DNA of 64,000 nucleotides from Heteronotia binoei (GCF_032191835.1 NC_083225.1:71734001-71798000), one strand, 5' to 3'; shown: positions 1 to 11,047, counted from the first letter of the stretch. Made by a program: numbers and translations. Notes: a model not told the origin generated them from the letters alone.

Positions 1-70
1 ATTAAGATGGGCTGTAAAAGGCAGGCTTAGCACCTGCTGCTACCACTCTCTCATGCTGGGGTCTCTCTTA

Positions 71-228
71 AAAGTCATCCATGGAGCACAAGGCTTCCAG
101 AAGTTCTTATTCCGTACAGTAAAGCATGATGAAATGAACATGACACGGCAGTACTTGATCCATCGTTTCGCTATAGCTTCTACGAGCTTACAGACAGTCT
201 CATGAAATTTACATGTTGCTGCTAACAA
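71..228. repeat. Left arm of an imperfect inverted repeat flanking the Ngaro element
   Basis: 71-125 matches the reverse complement of 5492-5546 at 48/55. 202-228 matches the reverse complement of 5458-5484 at 25/27. Confidence 0.85.
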
Positions 229-708
229 ATACTTGTATCCAAGCATATTGGATACAAGGGTTTGCCCCCAAGGTTGAAATAAAGAGTCAGACACAATAAT
301 TGGATTAAACTAAGGGCCACTTTATTTAATTTATTAATAAATGGCAAGGGCTAAACAGAACCTGTGGCCTGGTCAGGGCCAGGGGTCTCAACAAACACCT
401 CCCCTGCCATTTAACAGATGAGCAACCCAGCCCCTGGCTAGAGCTGTACACCACAGCTCACACCAGGCCAGCTCAGCAAATAGGCAACAAACCGGGACAG
501 TCCAACCACGAGCCGGGCAACTTAATGAAAGGAACCTTTCAGGTAAGCCCAAAAGGACGATCTGCATTCTCCCACCCCGGGCTGGCAAACCCAAAGGTCG
601 ATACTGACAGACCCCTAACCCCACGAAAGGGGGATGCTTTCTGGTCCTCCTCTAGCCGCATAAGCTCATTAACCACAGAAACCTGCCACCACTAAACCAA
701 GCCTCTGC

Positions 709-1308
709 TTAGGCCTTAGCATCCACTGGGAGGCCCAAGGCCACCTGCAGTCTTTGCCGAAGGTCTCCCAAGAAGAGACCATTAACCTCATCCGAAAGAT
801 GAATGCCACCACCCCTATAGAGGTAGGGACAACTAATATGAATGTTTGGATGTGGCAAGTAGTAGCCCAAACCGTCTTCCAAGGGTCTCTGAATTCTTTT
901 ATTAGCCTTGCGATGGACCCTATCGATGCCCAAAGGGTCCCAAACACCCTGCCAAAAAAGGCAGGGGATTATGGCCAACCCAATTATATGAGTCCCAGGT
1001 TATCTCTCCTTGATAGCCCTAAAATCCTCCTCTGCCTGCAGGGCCAAAGCTGTGCCCTTCACCAACCCAAGATCGTTACCTCCCAGGTGTACAACTAAGA
1101 CCTGGGGAGGAGGGCAAGCACTCCCTTGAAATAACAATGGCAACAGCCCAGGCCAATGAAGGCCCCTGCGCCCCCGCCATTCAATGGTAACCCACTGGCT
1201 GAGTCCCAGCTGAGAGCCGACTGAAGTTCTCTGAGCCTGATGAGCAGCCCAAAACACATAACTGTGTCCACAGATGAGAACACAGCTCTTCTGGCCAGGA
1301 AAAACCAC
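709..1308 (-). pseudogene. SGNH/GDSL-like hydrolase ORF of the Ngaro-like element, one in-frame stop at 1000-1002
   Basis: ORFs 1000..1308 and 709..978 share a frame. Motifs: ICGHSY (block I), VVHLGGNDLG (block III GxND) and GGIHLS (block V, with D of DxxH replaced). Confidence 0.8.
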
Positions 1309-1329
1309 AAACTAAAACCTCCCATGAAG

Positions 1330-2223
1330 TTAGGGACTGAGCAGGGGGCGAACATAGGCTTTATAAGCTGCTGAGTGCCAATGGCCCAGATGCTGAATGG
1401 CCGAGAAAGGATAACCCAGGGTGACAGCTGTAGAGGCCGCCCCAATTCTAAAGGAGTGGGTACCAAACTGCACCCCAGACAACCCGAGCTTAGCTAAAGC
1501 CTGAGTAGTCACAACCCAAAATTGATGTTTTGTCAACGGACTGCCATTGACATGACAAAACAAAAATCCCTCCCTAAGACCGCGTACTGCCAAATAGGCA
1601 GCCAGAGCAGAAACTGGACACAACTCCAGCTCAGAACATGTGCTCAGCCCCAAAACAGTTCCCTTGTTACACTGGTCAGTCTTGGAGCGTCGAACGGTGA
1701 TGACCACCTTACTCTCAACTAACCTCAGGTCCTGTAGTAACAAAGCACTACCGGAAACATCATTTCTGGTGTGTGCAACTAGCTCACTGACTCTAAGGGC
1801 CCCAAAGAAGGCAACCAAGGAAGCGGCATGAAACAGTGTGGACTTAAAATAGGATGCACACACTGTGCCCCAAACCCCCTTCAAGCCCCTAAGAATCAAA
1901 GGGGAAATAGGTTCCTAGTGTCAGGATTAGGCCCAGCCTCTCTTGCCCAGCCCTCCAGCATCTTTCGCAGATGAAAGTCTGCGGTTTCCTCCTTATACCC
2001 CAAAGCCTTACTAGCAAAAGCCAGAGCAGACAGGCGTCCCTTAACCTTTTAAAGCAACACAGTAGTGAAGCAACTGCTCCACTGGGAGGGGCCAAACAAT
2101 GCGATACCCTACCTCTGACCTAAAGACCTCAAACTGCCGCACGGCATGTTCATAAGAATTCCTGGTGCTGGGTGCAATGACTAGGTCTATCGCTCTGCAG
2201 GCCTCGGCTCTCCAATCACCCAT
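1330..2223 (-). pseudogene. Tyrosine recombinase (frameshifted) with N-terminal core-binding domain
   Basis: 1330..1899 contains FFGALRVSEL (catalytic R), RRSKTDQ (K), THSFRIGAAS (HxxR) and LGHWHSAAYKAYVR (W/H and catalytic Y). 2041..2223 has the APSTRNSY N-terminal motif in another frame. Confidence 0.92.
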
Positions 2224-3200
2224 AGCTCCTGGGGCATTTGCCCTGGCTCTCGATCGGCTTCTGGGGCCAGCTGACGAAACCTCTCTATCTGTTTACAAGA
2301 GAAAGCGTCAGCCATCCCGTTATTCACCCCGAGAACATGCTCGGCTGAAAATAGTACGTTATGCCGCAGGCAACGCAGAGTGAAGGCCCGCACTAATTTC
2401 ATAACCCTTTGCAACTTGGATGTAAGGGAATTAATAACATGTACCACAGCCATGTTATCACATCAAAAATGAATAGTGTGATTGGCCATATAATTCCCCC
2501 ACAGCCAAACAGCTACCAGGATGGGAAAGAAACGTAACATCTCTGTTCAATCCCGCCTGGCCCCATGAATCTGGCCACACATCTGTGGAAATAGACCCCA
2601 AAACCTAAGGAACTGGCAGTGTCAGACATGACCTGAAGCTCTGCTTCAAGCTTCATGTCTTCCCTCCAAAATAAAATCCCATTGAAGGACTCAAAAAACT
2701 CCTGCCATACCAGTAGGTCTGCCCTCATGTTGCTTGTAGCCCGTATTCTATGCTGTGGAAGTCATAGACCAGCCATCGCATCACAAAGCCTACGCAAGAA
2801 GGCGCGTCCAGGAGCCACAACTTGGAGGCAAAGTTGAGATGCCCTACAAGCTGTTGAAGCTCGAATAAAGTAATCTTCCACTTAAGAAGGAAAGAATCAA
2901 CCCTCTCCCTCAAATCTGCGACTTTCTCAACAGGTATTCTGGACAATTGTGCCAGAGTGTCCAGCTCGATCCCCAAAAAAGTAAGTCTTGTGGCTGGACC
3001 CTCTGTTTTTTCCTGTGCCAGTGGAACACCCAGCTCCACTGCCACCATACCCTTAACAGAATTAAGGTTCCCCAACTGAAATGCAACCTGGGGACCCTGA
3101 AAAGAAATCCTAAAACCAAACATAAAACCCTTTAACAGATAAACCCTATCAACACAATGCGAATATTGGGCAAGTCACTGCTCAAGATAAAGCCACCTTT
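2187..3200 (-). pseudogene. pol: RT / RNase H of the DIRS-order element, frameshifted
   Basis: Fragments LTFLGIELDT, LQQLVGHLNFAS, DLLVWQEFF, SDTASSLGFGVYF and AEHVLGVNNGMADAFS are typical of DIRS/Ngaro RT-RH. Confidence 0.85.
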
Positions 3201-3995
3201 ATCGGACTGGGCCCCTTTTCCAGCTTGGTAATTTCCTCCACCCCCACCCTGCTTCTTTTGGCCTTTATGTGGCTGGGCTCTGGAGCAGTTGTTAAAGGAG
3301 TGAGAGCCACCACACAAGGGGCATTCATGCTTGTACTGGCAAGCCTTCCTGCTACACACATTGGGAGCCAAACTCCCAGCAAAGTAAGCGAGGTTGAACC
3401 GCCTGCCTCGCAGAACTGCGAGAAGAAGAGGAAGAAGTCACAGATGCCCTGGCCACCAAATGACTGCTATCAGAGCGGTCGCCCAAATTTGGTCAAGCAA
3501 AGGACATGACTTGGAGTCAAAGCTGCTGGTGGATACGATCCCACTGAAGGGAAGGGTATACAGCAGCCCTCATCCTGAACTCCTGGTCATATTGAAGCCA
3601 GGTGGGCCCATTAAACATTATATACCCCTTATAAATAATATCCATATACTGTATAAGTGAAGCACCCCTTCAAGGCTGAGCCCGTGCTATCGTCCCAGCA
3701 TATATGAAAAACCCAGGCAGCCAATTGGCCCAAGTCCTGTCAACTTTCCATTTCTTCAATTTTCTTTCTCCTTATCATCCAAATCCTCTTTGTCTTTCTT
3801 CTCCAGCTCCCGGAACAGGAGGGAGAAGACATCCACATATTCCCCTTTTAGAATCTTATCTTTCGTTGCTGGCAGCAAATGGTCCCCTAAAGGCAGTGCT
3901 AAGTCCCCTAAAGGTAAGGCAGTGAAAGGGACAGCCCCATTAGAGGCACTCAAAGGCGAAGAAAAGCCCCATCCCCCCAACATGGGACCTGACAA
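3132..3995 (-). pseudogene. gag: gag of the Ngaro-like element with C-terminal Cys/His finger
   Basis: PLGDHL...KILKGEYVDVFSLL (3756..3995), then WLQYDQEFRMRAA (about 3560-3610, my translation) and CSRKACQYKHECPLCGGSHSFNNC (3132..3371). Confidence 0.75.
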
Positions 3996-4377
3996 GCCTT
4001 GCTATCCAGCAGTGTCCTGGCACTACTCGCAAACCAGGAGAAAAGCAAAGCAAAGCAAAGCAAACTTCTCCGTCGCAGGCCTTTCGCAACTTCCCAGCTA
4101 ACCCCCCCCCCCCCCGGATTTTCTCGCAACGCCCCAGACGGGGGGAGGGGAGGAGTCATGCAGCTCCACGTGACCCCCAATCCCAAAGCGGCGGTCTCGC
4201 TGCTTTAGTTCCCAACCGAGCGGACCCGAAGGCACAAGAGGAGCGGGCGCGCCGAGTTACAGCGGCAGCTTTGCGGGTTGACTGCGGGACTTGCGCCTCA
4301 GCTGCTTGGCTGCTGCCCTTGATTGAAGCGGAGCGGATCGAAGAGAACAGGCGCTCCCAACCCTGAACACGCACAAG

Positions 4378-4677
4378 TAGGGTTGTCGGGTCTAATTCCA
4401 GAAATATCTGGGGACTTTGGGAGTGGAGCCAGGAGGCTTTGGGGGTGGAGCCAGGAGCAAGGTTGTGACTAGCATAATAATCGAACTCCAAAGGGAGTTC
4501 TGGCCGTCACATTTAAAGGGACCGCACACCTTTTAAATGCCTTCCCTCCATTGGAAATAATGAAGGGGCACCTTCTTTGGAGGCTCATAGAATTGGACCC
4601 CCTAGCTCCACCCCAGTGTCTCCTGGCTCCACCCCCAAAGTCCCCAGATATTTTTAAAATGGGACTTGGCAACCCTA
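4378..4677. mobile_element. hAT-type MITE (TAGGGTTG...GGCAACCCTA family) inserted in the Ngaro element
   Basis: Has the family termini. Both halves match the right end of the 54960-55720 copy. Confidence 0.8.
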
Positions 4678-5457
4678 TAGCTAAATTACCCCCAAAAAAC
4701 TTTTTGGTAGAGGCCTTTCACATCACCCACTACCTGATCCAATACCAACAAGGGAAAAAGTGGCTTCCACAATACTGCCCCCACACCCAACCCCCAGAGG
4801 AGTTTGTACTCCATGCTAGCAAAAAGCCTAATCCAAGAAACACCTTTTTTAAAAGAGGAGGGGGGGGGGAGGGAAGGTTAAACTGGCTGTATAATGGAGA
4901 TACGCCAATCCAATCCACGTCCTCGCGTTCACCAGAGACCTAACAGCAGCCCCGATCCTCAGCAACACGGTGCAGTTAAAATCAAGCTCACAGGCTTTAT
5001 CAGCAACCTGATCTCCACTGAAAAGCCTGAATGCTGGGAAGCCAAAGGAAACTGACATGAAGCAGGAGCGAGCTAAAAGCGCTCCTGCCCTGCCTTATCA
5101 GAAACTCAATCAGCCCTTGGTCTTTCTTAAAACGTCCGAAAGCCGGAAGAAAAGGGGAACTGATAAGACCAAAGCCAGCAAGCAAAAATGCTCCTGCCCA
5201 TCCACCTAATCTTCGTTTAAGGAATGCCTAAAAAACAACTGAAACTGATAAGATCTAAGCAGGAGCAAGCTAAAATCTCTCCTGCCTAGACGGATCACCA
5301 GATGGAGACTGGCACGAGCAGGGAAGGCGCACTGCTGCTGCAGCCAGCCCAGCCCCCAAGCACAAGCCTATTGAGCTGTCAATCTTCCTCTCTTTCCCCA
5401 AGGGTGGCAAATGTGTCCCTCCGTCTTTACAGTGAGGCTGCAGGCGATTGGGACGAA

Positions 5458-5546
5458 TTGTTAGCACCAGCATGTAAATTTCATATATGGAGCCTTGCTG
5501 TATGCAGTAAGAACTTCTGGAAGCCTCGTGCTCCGTGGATGACTTT
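5458..5546. repeat. Right arm of the inverted repeat flanking the Ngaro element
   Basis: See the left arm. The ORF track shows KNFWKP(C/R)APWMT on opposite strands at both places. Confidence 0.85.
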
Positions 5547-5849
5547 ACCGTGAGAACTACTGCCTGCACCTTTTTCTAAAGTTTGGACATTTATTTGCAT
5601 TCAAGTGACTTTGGGTGTGGGTTTGTGGTCCCTTATGTATTGATTCTTACATTTATATTAGAACAAACTATTTTTGTTACCTTTATAACTCTTTTGCATT
5701 ATTATTTGTGGAGGCTGGTTTTCACGAAGGGTTCCTTTACCCTTTTTCTCCTGCTCACCTGGAGATTGGTAACAGTGGTTCCCAGGAGGAAATTGTTGGT
5801 TTGGAATCTAAGGCATTGTACCTTTCACACCTATTTGCCTGGACCCTTT

Positions 5850-5925
5850 TTTGAAGATGCCAGGGATTGAACCTGGGACCTTCTGCTTACCAAGCAGATG
5901 CTCTACCACTGAGCCACCGTCCCTC
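5850..5925 (-). mobile_element. tRNA-derived SINE head
   Basis: The reverse complement has A-box/B-box-like GGTGGCTCAGTGG...GGTTCAATCCC. No intact cloverleaf or CCA. Confidence 0.6.
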
Positions 5926-6109
5926 CCCTCCTCAAACCCTGCCCTTTCCAGGCCCGGCCCCTAAAATCTCCAGGAATTTCCTAACCTGGAGTTGGTAACC
6001 CTATCTCCTTCCCTTTATCTGCCCCTCTGACTTCAGCTTTCCATCACCTGTGCCCTCCCTGCAGCCTCTATATAGGAAAATTAGTCTTTCTTCACAGTGG
6101 GGGGGGGGA

Positions 6110-6545
6110 CTGAAGCAGTTTACATCATTCTCTCTCCCCATGTGATCTGAACAACAACCCTGTGATGCAGGTTAGGCTGTAAGTCTGTGACTGGTCTGAA
6201 ATCAATCAGTCAGCTTTCACAGCAAGGACCTGGGTCCGGCAGACCCCACTCTGAAGCCCTAACTCCTATGCCCTCCTCAAAGTCCACCACAATCTCTAGG
6301 AATTTCTCATGAACTTGGAACTGGCAGCCGTAGTCAGCACTGGGCCCAATGAGTTCTACCTCAGAGGCTGTAGTGAGACCTTTCAGATCAACAGACTATC
6401 TCTGACGAACTGTTTAAGAGAGAGGAGTCGTCAGCCATTACATCAGCTTACAGCATTCTCCTCTCCTCTCCCCCCCCCCTTTTATCTGAACAACAACAAT
6501 CCTGTGAGGCAGGTTAGGCTGGTTGGAAATCGCCCAGTCAGCTTC
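6110..6545 (-). mobile_element. Two partial MIR/CORE-like squamate SINE copies
   Basis: ACAAC(A)CCCTGTGAxGxAGGTTAGGCTG motif at about 6150 and 6500, shared with 7170-7395 and 55835-56100. Confidence 0.55.
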
Positions 6546-6649
6546 TACAGCCCTCACCTGGAGATTGGCAACAGTGGTTCCCCAAGAGGAAAGCCCTCCC
6601 TCAGAGGCCTGTAGTGATACCTTTCAGACCAACAGTCTCTCTCTAGAAA

Positions 6650-6941
6650 AGGAAAGGTCCCCTGTGCAAGCACCAGTCATTTTCGACTCTGGGGTGACGT
6701 CACATCACGATGTTTTCATGGCAGACTTTTTATGGGGTGGTTTGCCATTGCCTTCCCCAGTCATCTACACTTTCCCCCCAGCAAGCTGGGTACTCATTTT
6801 ACCAACCTCGGAAGGATGGAAGGCTGAGTCAACCTTGAGCCAGCTACTTGAATCCAGCTTCCGCCGGAATCGAACTCAGGTCATGAGCAGAGAGTTCGGA
6901 CTGCAGTACTGCAGCTTTACCACTCTGTGCCAAGGGGCTCC
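6650..6941 (-). mobile_element. Sauria-type SINE, full length
   Basis: tRNA-like head GGAGCCCC...GGTAAAGC, body GCTGGGTACTCATTTTACC.ACCTCGGAAGGATGGAAGGCTGAGTCAACC, RTE-like tail. Confidence 0.85.
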
Positions 6942-6944
6942 AAA

Positions 6945-7063
6945 AAAGATAGTCCCCTGTGCAAGCACCAGTAGTTTCTGACTATAGGGTGATGTTGCTT
7001 TCACAACATTTTCATGGCAGACTTTTTACGGAGTGGTTTGCCATTGCCTTCCCCAGTCATCTA
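6945..7063 (-). mobile_element. Sauria-type SINE 3' fragment in tandem with the previous copy
   Basis: Direct repeat of 6652-6770 (CCCTGTGCAAGCACCAGT...CCCCAGTCATCTAC). Confidence 0.8.
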
Positions 7064-7169
7064 CCTGCCTGCCTCTTGTAGAGAGAATCTAGTTTACATT
7101 TCCAGACTTGGCCATTGGATTCTGTCCTGTTTGTTCCACCAACTTGCTAGATAAGGACAGTAGGGAGAC

Positions 7170-7395
7170 TTTTATTTATTTATTTATACTCCATCTTTCT
7201 CCTCAGTGGGGACCTTGCATCATTTTCCTCACCTCACAGCAGCCTTGTGAGGTAGGCTAGGCTATGAGGTAAGCTAGGCTAGGCTGAGAGAATGAGACAG
7301 GGCTAAAGTCACCCACCAAGCTTCCATGGCAGTGTGGGGGTTTGCATCTAGTCTCCCAGATCGTAGTCTGAAACTTGAACAACTATACCACACTG
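7170..7395 (-). mobile_element. MIR/CORE-like squamate SINE
   Basis: (TTTA)n tail and CTGTGAGGTAGGCTAGGCTGAGAG body. Confidence 0.6.
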
Positions 7396-8284
7396 GTGCC
7401 CACAGGTAGGGCTGAAATGCTTTGTAGATCACAGCCAAAAGCTAAAATATTTCCACTTAATGAGGCATACTGGGAAGTAAATGCATTTAGGACTGAGGTA
7501 CTGTTATGTCAGGTTGCATCACCAAAATCAATAGATGTTATTGACTTGTACATCCTTCACCACTAATTAATAATACCCAGGTCTTCTTTGTATTGATCCA
7601 AGAGCACTTTTCAAGGAAAAGCATCAACTTCTCTACTTGAAAAATAAGGAAACTGAGGCAGAATGTGATTAAATTGTTTGCGCAAGATCAATAAGCAAGT
7701 GGAGTATATGCATTTTTATCTAAATACTATTTAAAAAATTCTTCTGCTTAACCATTAATTCAGCACTAAGCCAATTGCTAATGGTCAATGCCTTATTCCC
7801 ATCTGTAGCTGATTTGTGTTTGCCCTATGTTCTTTAACATTATATGTTTTCTATATATCCATTAGGAACATCTATTAATACAAATTCCAGTTTATAATAT
7901 TATTCTTAATGAGCCCTCAAAATGCCACACTGAAGTGTGTAAACAGTGCAAAGTAGAAAACTTTCACTCTTCAAACATTAAACTTGACCTTTCGATTAGT
8001 GAAATACTGAAGCCAATTAAATACCAAAGTCTGCAAAATAACAGAAATGCCATGCTTGTCTGAAGTTACAGAGACTATGGCCTGGTGGCATTTTGAAAAT
8101 AACCCTGAGTACATTTTTCAGTATGGAATGCTTTGCCTGTGAATGTGCAAGATTGTCAACCTTTCTAAAGGTATGTACTCACAAATGTAGAGTTTACATT
8201 CAAATCAAAACCATGGGAGATGCAGATGCAGACACCACTTCAAAACAGCTTCCTTTGATGTGAAGACGCTTTTTGGCATTTCAT

Positions 8285-8298
8285 CCACCAGGTGGCAA
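8285..8298 (+). promoter_or_regulatory. Candidate CTCF binding site
   Basis: CCACCAGGTGGCAA matches the CTCF core CCASYAGRKGGCR and lies in non-repeat-looking DNA. Confidence 0.4.
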
Positions 8299-8629
8299 TA
8301 TGCATGGAACTTTTTTGGATAATCTTCTCATCAATGACTGTAAATTCATCTGGGAACAGCAGAAAAGAGTTGTCCTTTTCTTTATTTTATATGTGTGTGT
8401 GTGTTTCAAAAATTCATTTCATGTGAAATGTCCAAGCTACAATAGGAAGGAGATTATAGAACATGACAGAATGTTTTAAGAAGGACATTTCATCAATTCC
8501 AACCCCTACCCCTAGAGAAGGAAATTCAGTCCTGCCAGTGGATGTGACAGAAAGTCATGCATAGGAAATATCATTCAAGACTCAACCACTTATACAGTTA
8601 ACAAGACATACCACTTGCATCTCTTAAGA

Positions 8630-8984
8630 CAGCAGTTCTCAACTTTTTTGGCACCAAGGACCGGTTTCATAGAAGACAATTTTGGGGCTGCTTATGCTGT
8701 CTCCCCACATGGCAGCGGAAGTAGCCAATCTGTCTCTCCATTCTCATTTAAAGACCCCCACCATCCACAGTAATATTGCCTGCTGTTGAGTAGGCACATG
8801 CTATGTAAGTAGCATAAACTACAATAACCTCAGAGTGAGGCTGCTCTGCCAATGCTGACACACCATCCTACCATTCTCAGCCTCCTGAATCTGTGATCTG
8901 GGAAGCTGAAAGTACCATGCCTGTGCAGCCCAGTTGTTAACAGGCCACAGTACCAGTCCATGGCCCAGGGGTTGGGGACCCCTG
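8630..8984. mobile_element. hAT-Charlie-like non-autonomous element
   Basis: Ends CAGCAGTTCTCAAC / GTTGGGGACCCCTG. 8-bp TSD TCTTAAGA / CCTTAAGA. Confidence 0.75.
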
Positions 8985-10261
8985 CCTTAAGAAAATGCCT
9001 ATGAATTATTTCATTCTAAAAAGACTAATATGTATTAAAAATTAGAGTTCCAGGTAATGGCTGTTTTGAGGCCATTGTCTTTTCCAGGAACTTATACACA
9101 CTTACAATGTTTCTACAGATTCTCCTAAATGGAACCTGATGGTTTATTTTTAAGATTAAATCCAATGTCCAAAAAGCCACATTTCACCAAATCCCTTCCA
9201 CTAGAATTAGTCTTCTGTGTTAAGCCTAATCAGTCACATTTTGTTACTTTACAGGCAAGAATCATTTTCAACGAGTGGGCATTGCTTATTTGAAACATTG
9301 GCTTCCATTTCTCTATCCTAGTTTCAAAGCTGTGCAGTAGTGCTTCTTTATTTATAATTTATAATGTATTCATAATTTATAGTATTTATAATTCTTTATT
9401 CCTCTAGAAATATTTTGTCTGCTGCTTGCATCAATTGGGTGAAAGCAAGCTTGGTTCACTTTTGGGGTCTTTTTCCAGTTCTTCTTTCACTGACAGCCAG
9501 TGTGCATTAAGTACAAGAGTGGGGGTATGTTTGTAACTCTGGTTGGCTTTACAATTTGTTCAATTGTTCAAAAAGTATGAATTGTGCATGACTGCAAAAT
9601 AATAATGCATAATAATCTTTCCTGTCCCTGGTTGCTCCTGGGAGCTTGTTACCATCAGTCAGGGTGGGATAAAAAGGCAACCTTTCCCTAAACCAAATTT
9701 TGGGAAACTGAGCAGATTGTTCAGGGATTTCTAAACCTTGAGTTGATTAGCAGCTGAGCAGCTGATGGAGGGGGGAGATATTTCCCCTTGAAAGAGAGCA
9801 ATGAAAATACTGTGTGTATACTTAGTGTGGTTATTCTCTTATTGCTAAATTTCAACTACAATGACAAAATATCTATTGAATTTTATTTATTAAATGTTAT
9901 TCCTCTTCATTAAAAATATAAACTATTGTTACAGACCTGATTTCTATTTTTGTAAGAATACAAAAAACAAACCTGGCTCCGAGGTTTTAAGGCCTTTCAC
10001 ATCCAATGTTTTACCCTTGCTGCCTTAGTGGCTTTAAAAGGGTGTGCTTACATGTTCTTTCATGTGCAACAAACATGCAGTATTTGTTGTTCTTTTGCTT
10101 CATGGGGTAAAAGTCTCATTCCTCAACTTGGAAATGTCCTTCTGCTGTGAAGAGATCACATCTTCTGGATGCTCATGCTGCAGAACATACAACCTTCCAC
10201 CACACAGCACAATGATTGCTGTTGCCTCATTATTTGCAACGAGTGTTGCATGAGCTACAGT

Positions 10262-10453
10262 TAGGATTGCTAACCCCCAGGTGGGGCCTGGGGTTCTCTA
10301 GGAATTACAGCTGGTCTCCAGACTACAGCGATCACTTCCCGTAGAGGAAATGGCAGCTTCAGCCAGTGAACTTGATGGCGTTGTATCTCCAATGAGGTTC
10401 TGTCCCTGCATCTCCATGAATTTCCCAAGATGCAGCGCCAGTTGGCAACCCCC
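10262..10453. mobile_element. hAT-type MITE (TAGGGTTGCC family)
   Basis: Termini TAGGATTGCT / GGCAACCCCC. Body similar to 30127-30341. Confidence 0.7.
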
Positions 10454-10789
10454 GTACAGCATGTGTCATAACTAGCAGTCAGTGACACAAACTACTTGTC
10501 CCATGCCATGACCTTGTATTTACGGCATTTTGGTTTTTTGAACTTCAATGACTAAACAACTTTTCAGTTTGATAGCGACTGTACAGCACAAATAATACAT
10601 GCATTTCTAACGTAATAGCAACAGGCCCTGCTGCTACAAAGAATTGCTCTGCCTGCGGGCTTCTCTTCAGCATTTCAAAGAAGTGGAGAGAGATCTAGGA
10701 TAATAACTATCATCATCATTTGGCATTGTGTGTAGTATAGCCAGGAGATCCTAAGATTGTCTGACAGCCTGAAAGTCTAGGATTTTTAG

Positions 10790-10960
10790 CATTATGCACC
10801 GTTAGATGGTGAGCTAGACATTTTGGGGCTAAAAGAGCTCTGAAAGAGCTATGACTGGCCCAAGTTCACCGAGCTGGCTTTATGTGGAGCAGTGCAGAAT
10901 GGACCCTAATCTCCAGATTAGAGTCCATAGTTTTTAACCACCACCCCACACTGGCTCTAA
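10790..10960 (-). mobile_element. MIR/CORE-like SINE fragment
   Basis: GACTGGCCCAAG.TCAC...AATCTCCAGATTAGAGTCC...AACCAC.AC.CCACACTGG motif. Confidence 0.55.
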
Positions 10961-11047
10961 GAGTAGGAAAGGGAATGCTCAGTCTTGAGAAAAAAACTTT
11001 GGAAAATGGTTCACAGAACAGTGGGATTTTTCCGTTAGATTAAGTGT

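Larger units (their letters stand above)
266..5403 (-). mobile_element. Ngaro-like tyrosine-recombinase (DIRS order) retrotransposon, decayed
   Basis: Minus-strand order gag - RT/RNase H - tyrosine recombinase - SGNH hydrolase. The 3' end carries AATAAA motifs at about 310-340. The same CCCCAAGG core occurs at both junctions (266-273 and 5396-5403). No integrase is present. Confidence 0.85.

Noticed and set aside
71-5546. Classifying the element as DIRS1-type with inverted terminal repeats
   Set aside because: The inverted arms lie outside the CCCCAAGG junction cores and have unequal spacing, and the hydrolase ORF fits Ngaro better. Not fully excluded without other copies.
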